Shown: in pieces, positions 51,001-64,000 of the stretch | How the letters are laid out: each line of letters opens with the position of its first letter | How positions within the stretch are numbered: the first letter of the stretch is position 1 | From: Octopus bimaculoides | Lineage: Eukaryota | Length of the DNA: 64,000 nucleotides | Direction: 5' to 3' | Assembly (NCBI RefSeq): GCF_001194135.2 | Contig: NC_068981.1 | Coordinates: forward strand, 78,133,285-78,197,284 | The notes under the pieces: generated by a model | What the model saw: only the letters and a program-made list of their open reading frames with translations | What the model was told of the DNA's origin: nothing | Database searches by the model: none | Position numbers and translations under genes: made by a program

Positions 51001-52358
51001 GGCTGAGAGGACTTTTAATCTTACCAAATACATGGTAACCTTTCGCCATAGAACCATGCACAAACTAGAATAAGGGTGATGTAGTCCTCTGACCCTTCTA
51101 AGGATGGAAGTAACTGTAAATTGGAACTAACTTGAAATGTGATGACTCATCCAGCCCATCCTAACAGCATGGAAAGTGGAATTAAAAGACGATGATGGTG
51201 ATGGTAAAGCAATTGAATAAAACGTCTGCAATAAGTTGTTTTTAATATCATTATAATTTTTCAGGCTATTATCCTCATCTTCAGAAATAGAACATTTATT
51301 TGCATTTATGATATATTTCAAGTACTTTACTATCTTTCGCTTGCTTATGTGCATAGTAGGAAACAGAATTATTTGAATTAGATACCTTTATTTCGTATTG
51401 CAAGGCTAGCAATCTAGTAAACCAGTCTGGTTTTCTATGCTTATATAATACACAACCCAAGAATAATATACCTGCTGATAACCAAAGATCAAATTAAACA
51501 TAACAGTGTGTAAAATGAGGTTTAATCAGCTGAAAAATTAGAATCATAACACTACATAGTGTAATAAATTTCGTATGAAACTAGTATTTTAAGCATCCCT
51601 TAACATGACTTGTAATAGTCCATAACAGCTATCTTCAATTTTTATAAACGTTGATCATAAAAGAAAAATGGGTTAAAGGGTTAGTGTTGTGTTGTGTGCT
51701 AAGTACCGTATTTAGAATTATGTTTAGGCAACTTTCTCTTCACTCATTATGAGTCTTTCTTGAAATATATATGTATATTCCCTACCCACAAATAATAATT
51801 ATTTCAGGAAGAATAAAAAATTTCTGTATTACATTGCCGATTTGAAATATCTTGGATGTATAAGGACTTTTTTTTTATTTCATGATTGTTATTTATTTTC
51901 AATGAACATTAGATAGAGAGATAAAAAGAAAAAAAAAACGGAAAATTTCTTTTAATAATCCTACCCTCTCATATTCCTACCACCGAAATGCTTGTTCAAC
52001 TCTTTTTAGACTCACATCATTGCAGCAATCATATCTAAGTTGAAGGTTACAATCTGCTTAGAATATTCTATGTTTTCAAGTACAAACACAAGAATCCCTG
52101 TCTTTAAGCAAGATTTATTTATTTAGCTACTTATCTTTCTTGATTCCAAAATAATGCTTTCTGCGGGATATTCTCCTTTCTTGAAAAATAAGTCTTCCAA
52201 TTTTAGTTCTTATGCAAAAAGCAAATCAGTCTATACCAGCAGGAAAAAAATGTAACAACAAATGACTGCATATGAACTTCCTTTCCTAAATATGTGTGTG
52301 TGTATACATATACGTGCATTTATTTATATATAAATATATATATATGCATTTATATATA

Positions 52359-52458
52359 NNNNNNNNNNNNNNNNNNNNNNNNNNNNNNNNNNNNNNNNNN
52401 NNNNNNNNNNNNNNNNNNNNNNNNNNNNNNNNNNNNNNNNNNNNNNNNNNNNNNNNNN
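52359..52458. other. Assembly gap (100 N) within (TA)n
   Basis: N run. Confidence 1.
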
Positions 52459-52500
52459 TATATATATATATATATATAAGTATTGATATATTTTCTATCT

Positions 52501-52653
52501 ATTATTAATCAGCAGAAGTTACTGAGTAACTCAGGGGCTGAGAGTTTTGTGTGTTGGCACTTAAGAAACTTCAAAATCATTAAAGTTTGATAAGTGCCAA
52601 AGCATGAAACTTTCAGCCCTTGAGTTACTCTGTAACTTCTTGCAATTAATAAT
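52501..52653. repeat. Long foldback (MITE-like or hairpin RNA)
   Basis: Arms 52512-52563 and 52591-52643: 45 Watson-Crick pairs, 5 G-U, 2 mismatches, 1 bulge. Outer attattaat/attaataat and inner aaactt/aagttt also pair. Confidence 0.9.
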
Positions 52654-53614
52654 ATATATATATATATACAATTTGAATATCAAGATGACACATTTGTCTG
52701 TCTACATATCAATGCAGACTGGCAAATTCTGACTCATCCTTGAGTTAAATTTTCTCTTTCTCTCTCTCTCTTTCTCAATGCCAGTATAAAATTTTCTACC
52801 TCTCCTCCTCTCCAATGTTAGTACTGCCCACTTTGAAAAGTACTGGAGTAGTCTTACAATGAAAGATGCTGTATTCAAGAATATCACATTCTTTTATATA
52901 CCAGGAACTACATTGTGTCATGTACCCTTTAATATATGATCATAGAGTATGATTTGATGGTGAATAGCTGCTATTTTTCGTGGGTCATGTACTGGATAGA
53001 GTTTGTGTCACTGCCTTCATCCAGGTAAGCATGACTTGGTGTTAGCTATAAGCAGGTTTACTTTTAGCTTGTCATTTTTGTTATTTCACTGAGGAAAACA
53101 CAAAAGGGAGCCTACCCAGAGTTTATGTTTCTGAGTAGTTAATGGATACAAATAGAACCCCACTGCTCACACACCCATATACATGCACAAACTGGTTATT
53201 CTCACCAATGTTAGAATGAAATCGTATTTCTATTGCTGACATTGTAGATAAACATTTTGAGAGGTTAAAGTTTACATAAAATTCTTAAGTCCTTTACTGG
53301 CTATTTTCCCAGAGGTGCTGCATTTGTTTGGCTCTCATTCAACTGTATCATATACTGGTGTGAACCAACAGATACCACATTTTGCTATTGTTATGGGAAA
53401 GGAGTGTGGAATAAACTAGTTGAATTGTAGTTAATTGTTGAATTCATCTACCATCATTAATTTTTTTTTTTTTTTTCGTCTTTACACTTTTAGTGGTGTA
53501 CGTCTCCAAACAGTAAAGGTATATACTTTTTAAACGTCAAACGGGCAGTAGGTGAATCGAGATAATGATAATGTTTTCTAACTTTGGCCCAAAGCAACAG
53601 ATACTTGTAGAAAA

Positions 53615-53745
53615 AGAGTTTAATCAATTGAATTAACCCTAGTATATAACTGCTATTTATTTTATGTACCACATACATAAACAACAAAGTTGACATCAGT
53701 GATGTTTGTGCTCTGAATTGAAAGGCACAAAGCATTTAGTTAAAA
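53615..53745 (-). mobile_element. Decayed tRNA-SINE
   Basis: aaccctagtat..ctg.tattt...aaagttgacatcag...tgaattg...aaagcattt. Confidence 0.55.
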
Positions 53746-54081
53746 ATATTTTAAAGCATTTAATTTAGTGTTCTACCATTTCAAACTTCTCCACCATTTT
53801 AGCTCTCATTGTATGAGTCTCTCTGCTAGTATTGTTTGAGTGCTTCCTTATCTTATGCTGTGTCCCTAGCACTTAGTTCAATTTTATTGCAATACTAACC
53901 TTGAAGTACTTCTCTGCAACTACTTGACTGACATGAAAGGACTGAACAGGGACCATATGTATATGGTGTTTCTTTTCTGATATGCATTTTTGATTATATA
54001 TATATATCATCATCATCTTCATCATCATTTAACGGCTGTCTTCTATGCTGGCATGGATTGGACAGTGTGTGTATGTATATA

Positions 54082-54172
<91 letters not shown>

Positions 54173-54401
54173 GTATATATGTATTTTATAGGAAAAGGAA
54201 GTGTTCCCATTGTTGTTGGGGTCAGGCTGTTGAGAAAGGAAGCATCAAATTTTAAACTATTCATCTTTTAACATTAAATCTCTGTGACTTGTGTAGATTA
54301 GGTATAATTGCTTGATGACATTTAGTTAACAAATTTTATCCAGCCTTTTCCATTTTTGTTTTCATTTACTAATTAGTCAGAAAAGTTTTCTGTGCTCTTA
54401 G

Positions 54402-54449
54402 GAGTTCATATCCTTTCAAAGCTCACCCTGATTGGGACATAGGAATAGG
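54402..54449 (+). CDS. Candidate coding exon (SSYPFKAHPDWDIGI)
   Basis: ttttctgtgctcttag| ... AGG|gtaagt; 48 nt, only the phase-2 frame is open; strong donor. Confidence 0.3.
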
Positions 54450-55492
54450 GTAAGTTAGTGCAGTTAATCTTTGACTTGAATTCTTGCAAGCTAACCTTTA
54501 TTAGACAACTTTAGCTGATGTCTTTTTAGAAAATATATATTTACTGTGTCTTGTTTATCGAGTTTCAGATATTGTTACAGAATGTTGAACTGTAACACAT
54601 TTTTTTTTTTTTATATCTTGTAAATATGGTTGTATGTTCTTCTGTGTAGAAGCAACAGTAGTTTCATCTCTGAAGAGTTAATGGTTGTTATTGTTGCTAT
54701 TGATTAGCGCTAAGTTAGCTTCATCTGTGCAGGCTTATGGCCAAAGGTATTCCAGACATGACCGTCTTGTACATAGAATATCTATACGTTGTTATTCTTA
54801 GCAGGTTTAGGTTATTATGTAGAGGCTCCCTCACTGGTCTGTAAAATGGTTGATTGAGGAGACAAATATTGATTGTTAGAAAAGGAGTTCCAGGCAGAAA
54901 TATTAAACTCAGTGCTAATCACTGCCACCACCACTACCACCATCACCATCATCATCATCATCTTCATGGTGGCAGCAGTGGCAAGATAGGCAGGTGTAAT
55001 GTTAGCAACAGAAGAACAAACACAATTGCTGCAATGTTAGAAGAAATAGAACAACAACATAATTCTATGGTAATGGGATAGGTGGTTGGGTAATATTGAC
55101 TGAAGGTTTACTTCTATTTTTGTGCTGTATCTTTTTAACCTTCTTAATGGCAGGAGACAAATAAAATAGTTTTGGTAAAACTATCTGCAGCAGAAGTTTG
55201 GCAAGTGGGTGTATTCACTCCTCTACCAGCTTTTTTTTTTTTTTTCTATCCAACCGATACTCCATACATCAAAGCTCCCTTTTATTTAATAAAAAGCTCA
55301 TACAAAATGTCCTATTTCTTTATGGCAACTTCCTTGCACTTTGACTTTAAAATTTCTTGTGCTCTTGTTTTATATTAGTGTACACAAAATATCTGTTCTA
55401 CTGTACACAATATTATAAATAATTTTTCTGAAGCAACATGATTATATATATACACATAAACACAGACACACACACATGCATTTGCATAAGTA

Positions 55493-55539
<47 letters not shown>

Positions 55540-56259
55540 CTGTGTGTGTGTGTGTGTATGCATTTGCATAAAAATGTATATATGTCCATTTACAAATATA
55601 TGCACACACACACATATACAATCATATACACACACATGTATGCATTCATTCATACATGTGTGCATATGCCCGTATGTATGTTGATATAGTTATGCTATCT
55701 CAGAAACATTATTTTTAATTTTGTTTACCATAATAAAGATATTTTGTGTACAGAAAATATTTTCAAGAATTACAACACCCAGCACATAACCAGGAATTAT
55801 TTAACAACCCTTTTGTGACTCTGTATCTACTATGATACTTAGATATATGTATGTATATGTCATCAACATAATGTCTGCTAATAAAATCTTGAATTTATAT
55901 CCTTCAGTTCAATGTGGAGATAAGATACTGGATTATTGGTCTAAAAGTTGAGAGATCAAATCTTGAAATTGGTAGTTTGTTTTGCTGTAATTGTTATTGT
56001 TGTTTAGTCTCAGGTCAGGGCTGACCAAGCACATCTATGATCAACCTATTTCTTTTCATTTTGTTTTGTTTTTATAAATGTGTATAGGACCTCATCTAAT
56101 ATGTTTTAAGATGTTAGGGCACTGTTTGAAAGATCTGTTGTTTTTAGTAGATCAAGCTATCTTTAGGAGCACCTTCATTAACTGCATGTTATCCTTCAAG
56201 GTAAAGCACATTAATCAACAGTTTCACATCACAATACTTCTACTAATAATAATAAAACT

Positions 56260-56850
56260 CCTTTCTCCTATTGGCACAAGACCTGAAATTTTAGGGGAGG
56301 GGGCTATTCAATTACAGTAACCCCAATGCGTGACTGATACATATTTCATTGACCCCTAAAGGATGAAAGCAAAGTCGACGCAACAGCATTAATAATAATA
56401 ATAATAATGATGATGGTGATTTCAAATTTTGGCATGAGGTCAGCAATTTCAGGGAGGGTTAAGTTGATGGCATTGACAATAGCTGGTACTTATTTTATTG
56501 ACCCCATAAGGATGAAGGGAAAAATAACCTCGATGGAATTTGAACTCAGAATGTAAAGACGCACAAAATGCTGAAAGCATTTTCCCCAGCATGCTAATGA
56601 TTCTGTCAGCTCACCACTTTAATAATAATGATAATGTTTTCAAATTTTGCCACAAGAGTAGCCATTTTGGGGAGGGGATGTGTCAATAACATTGACCCCA
56701 GTATTCAACTGGCATTTAATTTATCGACCTTGAAAGGATGAAAGGCAAATATGACCTCGGTGGAATTTGAACTCAGAACGTAGCGATGGGTTGAAATACA
56801 TTTAAGCATTTCATCTAGTGTGCTAACAATTCTGCCAGTTCACCGCCTTA
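56260..56850 (-). mobile_element. Three head-to-tail tRNA-SINE copies separated by (AAT)n
   Basis: Heads aaggcggtgaactggcag (about 56845) and aaagtggtgagctgacag (about 56615); tails ...caaaatttgaaa(ATT)n. Confidence 0.9.
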
Positions 56851-59279
56851 ATACGAATAACAGTAGCATTTCCACTTCATGGTTTGTTATATGAATCAGA
56901 ATATTTACTTGTAAGATTAAGCTCAAATATCAAAATCAAAATTTGCAAACTTTTTCAACCCAAAAATCAATACAAGAGGTACAAAATAGAGCAAATTGTT
57001 TTAGAAAGAAATAGTTGTACAAAAGTTTGTCACAACCTATTTCATGTGTGTTAATTAAGATTTTAAAAGTCTGAAACCAGGAAGTAACAATATTCATTTA
57101 GGTTACTTGTCAGGCATCATACTCTTTCATTAATCTCCTTGTTTAAAGACATGCAACTTGTATTAAAATCATAAACACAAGAGGAATACCAATTCACACA
57201 ATTTTCAACTATCTGTGTTTTAATAAACATATTTTTTAAAAAATTTAATTTAAAATCTATTTTAATATTCAATACTATTTGAAAACAAAGGCTTATTTAA
57301 CTAACCTGTCGGTTTTTTTTTTTTACTTCTTTTTTACCAATCTTGAAATTAAATGCTTTTTACTGTTGTTGTTGTTGTTCTTGTTAGCTTTCTTATTTAT
57401 TAAGAGATGCTATGTCAAAAACAAAACAAAAAAATTTGAATTCAGTTTTATTTATGCAAGTCATGGAATTTAAAAGTTAAATATGTGTGTGGGTATATAT
57501 ATATATATATATGTATGTATACACATGCATACCTATATATATGATTACATTTTTTTGTTTCATTCAGTTTTCCTTTGTTACAATTTTTCATTTCCTAAAG
57601 AAAAATATACTTTTTAAATTTAATGTTTTTTTACTTTAATTTCATTTAATCAAATACATTACGTTTGATATATAAGTTTTTCCCCCTTAGATCATATATA
57701 GATGCATGTCTATGCGTTTGCACATGTGTGTGTATTTGCTTTGTTTCTGTTGCATTGTAAATTAATTTCAGACCCAATCGCTCAAATTATATTAACTGTA
57801 TTAATTTTACTAAACACAAAATACATACACAGTGATTTTGGTTTTTTTTCATTAACAAATGTGGTTCAGTAGATCTTATTAAAAGCAATACAATGTCTAC
57901 AAAACCAATGCTTGTATAGAATTTAGATGTCTTGTGTGCCTGTTCATCTTATAACCAACTTCTTTTTGATGTGTGATACTACTAATTTGATGTTCAATAT
58001 TTTCTTTCCTTCAATTTTAGATAAAGGATTTTTATTTCTTATGAGAAATTTTTGTTAAAGGAATTTTTTTTAATATTATTACATTGGGCTTTTGTTTCTT
58101 CAATAATGTTTTTAAAAAAATTGAAGTAAAATTGGAAATTGGATAAATAAAAATAAAATGAATTTGATGTAAAGCAATATTCTTTTATAATGATAAGTAA
58201 AACATCAAGTTTGTTCATTTGGGTGATAGCTTTCTCTCAGATACAATAACAATTTCTGGTATCTTGGTGAATGCCATAGAGGAAGATATAAGAACTCATT
58301 GAGCTGAGTTAGCAATCCAGTTTAGATGGCCAGATGAGGTAAATTTCCTTTAATTATGCTAACAAAGCCTTTGAGAAAGGTATAGATATCTCTTTTGCAT
58401 TCCTTTAGAAAACCAAAATGTTTGTCTGTGAATGTCATTAATATTTTGAAGATTTGGAGTTTGTATATAATTCTGAATATGGGAGCAAGTATTTGTGGCA
58501 AGGCATATATGGGTCTTATAAACATTCAGTCTACTCAACTGCTCAGGTTTTTTTGGGGGGGTTTTCTGGAAAGGAATATCTGTCCCCTGAATTTAATAGT
58601 AATAATATCATAAAATTTATATAATTAGAAAGAGACTTAGGTGTAGAGATTGTAAAGACAATCAGTAGTTTACAATTAAGATGCTTAAGATAATTCATTG
58701 AACAGCTGGAAATATGCTTGACAAGAGATGGGACAGTATAGATTGATCAGATATTATTGGCTGTGTATCAATGATCTTTTTTCATTTATTTAGGATTTTT
58801 TGCTCAGATGGGTTGTTTTCAAAGTTTTTTATTCAAAAATTAAAGTTATTATGTTTAATGCTATAGGTGATACTAAAATGTAGAGAGCATTTGCTACTGT
58901 GAGTTGTTTACAAAGAATTAATGAAGGTTGGACTAATTGGATAGTTTTAAATGATTAACTGGTTGTATGTGACTGTGAGCATATGGTAGGAAATGTTTCT
59001 GTAGTACTACAAGGCTTAGAAGGTGATCATAGTAGTTATGGAAATAAATGTGCAGATATTGGAATAAAAGTGTTTACCATGGTTACACTTAATTTGAAGA
59101 TAACATTTGTGATGAAATATTATAAATACCATTTTCTCTAAATAATTTCATTTTTCCATATTGGCATGACATTAAAACATTGACAATAATTATTTCATGA
59201 ACTTAAATTCTTTAATCCTGAGAAAAGAGAATGATTCAGAGTGCATTTAAAAAAAATTAACATGGACTGAAATTATGCA

Positions 59280-59420
59280 TTACTGTTGTTTCAATGTCCA
59301 AGTTTCTATGCTTGCATGGGTCTGACAGAATTTGCAAAGGTAGATTTTCCGTGGCTGGATTCCTTTCCTTGCCAACCTTCCCCTGTTTCCAGGTAAGGTA
59401 ATATTCCCCAATGACTGGAC
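59280..59420 (-). mobile_element. RTE 3' tail fragment
   Basis: Matches 1766-1925. Confidence 0.7.
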
Positions 59421-61849
59421 TGTACATACCAATTCTAGTAAACATAAAATTGTATTTTATAAATTAATTCTATTGTGTTTAGTCTATGTTAGTAATTTTA
59501 AACTTTTGGTATATATTACATTATATTCACAGTTTGCTGGGATCTTGCTCAAACTGTAAAAAACAAAATACTTATATCCTTGCACACACTTTTCTAAATA
59601 TACCTTTTACCTGCAAGCATCTGCCATTTCAGAATGGAAAATAATTGAAATTCTTCTCATGTCTACTACACAACAAGCTTAAGTAGTTGTTTTGGCTAAG
59701 ATGTTTTGCATTTAGGTGACTATATTACTTTCTGTCTTTGAAAATTCCATTCAACTTCCAAAGAATTGTTACTTTGCAGTCTGTATGACTGTTAAAAAGT
59801 AAAAAGGAAGAAGGATGTTGTATTGTTATAGAAATAAGATTCTATCCAACAACTGTAAGTTTAGTTAATGTTAAATTAAACTATTCCTTCAACACCACCT
59901 TTGAACATGTGTGAATGCTTGGTAATTAAGCTCATTCTTAAGATACCACATACAGCTCATTTGAAGTTTTTATCTCAATCATATAAATAATTATGCATTT
60001 TATTAACTCTTTGAGGATCGAAATCTTCAACTTATCTTCACAAAACTTCACTTATTTACATGTATGATTTACTCGTATCTTACAATTCTGTTTGCAACTT
60101 GTGAAATGTCGATTTGATTTTTAAATGTGGATAGTTATTATAAACTCAACTTTCTAGTCACGTGCATTAGATGCCAGCTAGGTGGACTGGAACAACATGA
60201 AATAAAGTGTCTTGTTCTAGGACACAATGCACTACTGGGAGTCAAACTCATGACCTGGCAATTGTGAGCCAAATGCCCCTTGCCACTAAGCTACACACCT
60301 TCACAAGCATTAGTTATTGATACTTGGAAGCTGCAGTAAGCTAGTGATCAGTTTGTTGGAACAGCACTTCATTGCAGTAGCATTTATTTGGGGTTGCTGT
60401 CTTGAATTTATCTTCAAGATTTATATTCTGGTACCTTTTGCTATTATGACAACTGAAATTGTTACTGCTGGTATTTACTGAATGCTTTGCATATTGTTAC
60501 AATCCATCTTGAAGTTAATGTTTGAAAACCAAATTAAAAAAAAAAGAGCTGTACATGTTTTCTTTTTGTGTGTGTGTTTTCTTTATAATTTTTGTCCCGG
60601 GAGGACAAAAAATGTTAATAAAAACAAATGAAATATGTTATAGGCAACAACAACTCGATCACTGTCATAATTGATTAGATTTTTCATGTTAACGCAATTA
60701 GATGTAACCCAGTAAGTATTTCATGGAGAAAGTCTGTTGAAGTTTCTGTCATTGAAGATCAATAAACTTTCATTTGCGAATCATTTAATTATGTTTATTG
60801 CTGATTTTTCAGTGCAACATTGAGGCATATTGCTTTTTTAGCAAAGGCAGAAAGTAACTTGTCTCTTTTGACAGACAGTTGTAGTGTAGCTTTCTCTGGT
60901 CTGATGTAGATAACACCAAAGTCACATTATTCTTCAATATATATGCTTGACCAGTATGTTTATATTATCCAGACATAACAAGATTGCTGACTGTGAGAAT
61001 ACTAATGGATAGAGGAAGTTTGAACTGGGATGATGTGCTGTTCTCATAGTGATAACGATCATTGATGAGAATAATAATGATGACAATAATTTTGTCCATT
61101 CCTCTAGCAAAGATTTTCATGTAGTTTCGTTCAGTTGCTTTCAATTTAGCTTCTATTGATTCTGCTCTCATTCAAATGTTAATGCATTCTTTCTGTCGGT
61201 GTTTATTTATTAATCTTTTGTATTATTTTGATAAACTCCTCAGAAAGAAATCAGGATATATATATTCAATCTTTGCAAGTGGACAAATAAATAAAACTAG
61301 AACAGACATGAAAATAAAAGTCCACTGCATATGAAATAATAATGTAATTAATAAAAAGATATAAATAACTTTTTTTTTTCTTTCCTTTAGCACAGGAAGA
61401 AATGATTTCAATGTATCATCAAATATTTAAGCTTTTACTGTTTTGCTCAGTACTTCAAATTATCATTGCTGTACACTTTTCTATGTCTTGGAGAATAATT
61501 ATTCTCATTAGTTGTTTATTATATTAAAATGTAAAGTTAAGTTGAAAACAAATTTGGCTGTTGTCCAGGTGCTGCTGTGTTTCAATAAAGATAAGAAAAA
61601 ATTGCTTTTCAAAAAAATAGTAGAAGATAGTACATTTAGGTTAATTGATGATTCTAATTTCTTAAGTTAAATGTTTACTCCTAAATACCACTTTTGTTAA
61701 AGAACAAAAGACACTTTTACAAAAATAATGTATTTAAAAATATCACAAATTTTGACAGTAACTTAATGATTTCAAATGACTTTGATATTTTAACTATAGT
61801 GTCCAAACTTTTATTCTAATTACTTGCTAATCTTTTATGAATTTCTCTC

Positions 61850-62420
61850 AGATATCAAAACAATTCTTTTGAAAGATATTTCTTATGTCTTTTCTAAACT
61901 GGTGCTGTTTTGAAAATTTCATCTTATTTGAAGACTGTACACCATTTCTTTTATGAAGTACCAGGCTAATGGGAGGAAGCCTCAATATAGTTAATCAATC
62001 TTTTTGAAATAACAGACAAATCTCCTTTAAATCACACTCTGCTGTCTTAAATAAGGAAAAGACACAATTATGTAGTTCATTTGCAGTTTACATCTGGCTT
62101 TGGTCAACAGTTGCAAGGTAATTCTTCTTTGATAGAATAGCACTAGTTCATTGTAAGTTAACAACTTCTTTGGTAAAATATTTGAGTATTTTCCACCAGT
62201 TAATAATAAAAAACTGTTTTTTCCAAACTTGTATAGCAATTTATACAGCAGCATACATACAAGTCAATGGTGCCTATACCATACATATTTACACACCAGT
62301 ATATTAACTTACTTGGCTAAAGAATCTTTTAAATCATTACGATCTGTCATTACAACTTCATTTAAATTTTCCGTCTTTTGTGGAAACTATGCTGAAGTAT
62401 TAAATATCAAGTGTGAACAC
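61850..62420 (-). mobile_element. Decayed Penelope-like RT fragment
   Basis: Ordered remnants: APLTCMYAA (AMG..APxYA region), LYK...FG, VSFPYL (LPFLD-like), NYIEASSH (YLxxxSxHP). Confidence 0.45.
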
Positions 62421-62429
62421 ATGTTCTTA

Positions 62430-62600
62430 GTTGTCAGAGTGTTAAGCTCATGATTGTAAAGTTGTGAGTTCAATTTTCGGACTGGACAGTGGATTGTGTC
62501 CTTAAGCAATGTAATTCATTTCACACTGCTCCAGTCTATTTGGTTGCAAAGGAATACCAACTGACTAGTGGCACAGCCTCTTCTGCCTCCAGCTGTCACC
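62430..62600 (+). mobile_element. tRNA-derived SINE of a further family; a related decayed copy lies on - at about 60190-60310
   Basis: gtgttaagctcatgattgtaaagttgtgagttcaatt (tRNA-like), gtgtccttaagcaa (CORE-like). Confidence 0.55.
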
Positions 62601-63938
62601 TTCTCAATGTGCTGCTGCATCAAGAGAGTGTCTTATGTCTGCTCAGAAGACACTAAAACATTTTGCAAAAGCATGGTACATGTCACCTAACCATATTCAT
62701 TTACAGATGATAGCTGGCTCTTCTACACATAAATGGTCACATTACTTTAACTTCTCCAAAGGTTCAGTTTATTCATTTTTTATCTCTAACCATATACCTG
62801 CAAAATATCTAGCATCAAAATCAAGAAGAATTAAAGTTTTAAGCACAGAAGATTTACTAAGTCTTGTATTCTGTTTTAGACTAATGTTTCTAGATTAAGA
62901 ATGAATTAAAATGAGAATTATTTTATTTATTTTCTTTTTCTCTTAATCTACTGAATACATATCTCTTACATTGCTGATTTTTCATTTTGAGAAATATTTA
63001 GAGCTATAGCCTTGTATCAACATAGCTTAAAAGCTAGAAGGGTTGACTGCAGTAAAAGTAGGTAAGGAATTGAGAAGTTAACCCATACTCTGTATTTTTG
63101 TTGATTTGGTATGTTAGTTGTTACTTAACCTAAAGCCTTACGTCAGCCTGCTCGGATATCTTATATTCAAGTGCATTCCATTTATGGCATTCTATCTTAA
63201 ATTCAGATGTTATCAAACAGTATAGTGGAATTTAAAAGAAATTCGGTACTATTTCTAAATGGTTAAAACTAGATCTGATGTAGGTGTTGAATCTATTTTA
63301 TAAATGTGTTGACAAATGCATATAAAAAGTTATTCCATATGGAACAGTATTATGCCAACATCAGTAATAAGTGGATACCAAATCACCAAGTGATAAATCG
63401 CCTCTATCAAACCACTAATATATTCCAAACCAATGAGAATTCCTCTACAGGGCCACGTAATTTAATGCATTCTTTCCTAATTCAAGATAATATAGTAGTA
63501 TTTGAAGTAGATTTGACTGCTATTTCTAACAGGTTAAACTACCAATTAGAGGCTCCCCAATGACTCAATATCTAACTGGTTATCATTTTAAAAGTCTTCC
63601 AGCTATTAGAAATGTTTATAAATCTTCTCTAGTATTCTAAGTTTATAGAACCATCAGTTGTATAGAGGAAAGATAGGTGAATGATAAAGGCATTGGGCAA
63701 CTGACTTGCAGATCATATATATATTATGCAGTTTAGTTTTGGTTCTTTACTCTAACAGTCATTTTCCAATGTTCTCCATTACATGACTCATTCTATGGCT
63801 ATCATTTTCTTTTAGATGACATCACATTAGTTTCTCCAGAATCTTTTAGATGAATCTAACAATTTGAATTTGTATAATTGAATATCTTTATATTAATATA
63901 TACAAATACAAACTCTTAGACTTTTACAATAAATTTCA

Positions 63939-63943
<5 letters not shown>

Positions 63944-64000
<57 letters not shown>
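63944..64000. repeat. (GT)n microsatellite running off the window end
   Basis: Directly visible. Confidence 0.95.

Noticed and set aside
54854-55081. His-rich ORF
   Set aside because: The His run comes from (CAC/CAT)n; there is no supporting splice or domain evidence.
60965-61171. 68-aa minus-strand ORF and a + strand DITRLL...WDDVLFS* terminal-exon candidate
   Set aside because: No recognisable homology, and both are compatible with chance.

Overview
This is AT-rich eukaryotic genomic DNA with two assembly gaps (40229-40947, 52359-52458). The SINE, RTE and Penelope families and the dense microsatellites point to a coleoid cephalopod, most likely Octopus; this is an inference, not a database match. 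The window is dominated by transposon debris: a decayed DD34D mariner with its right TIR, an R4/Dong-like LINE, a Tx1-like LINE with an intact 3' end, RTE fragments and tails, several Penelope-like fragments, more than 25 tRNA-derived SINE copies, TTAA-flanked MITEs and a 150-bp foldback. I could not identify any host gene with confidence; there are only short candidate + strand exons with canonical splice sites. I found no rRNA, functional tRNA or CRISPR array, and almost all ORFs in the supplied track are microsatellite or chance ORFs. The most interesting signals are: (i) a SINE whose 3' tail resembles the 3' end of the Tx1 LINE in this window, with a CUUGU stem-loop retained across two different SINE tails; (ii) a hammerhead-ribozyme-like motif with an upstream antisense copy of its 3' half; (iii) a long hairpin whose transitions are all G-U compatible on one strand. 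Boundaries of decayed elements are approximate (tens of bp).
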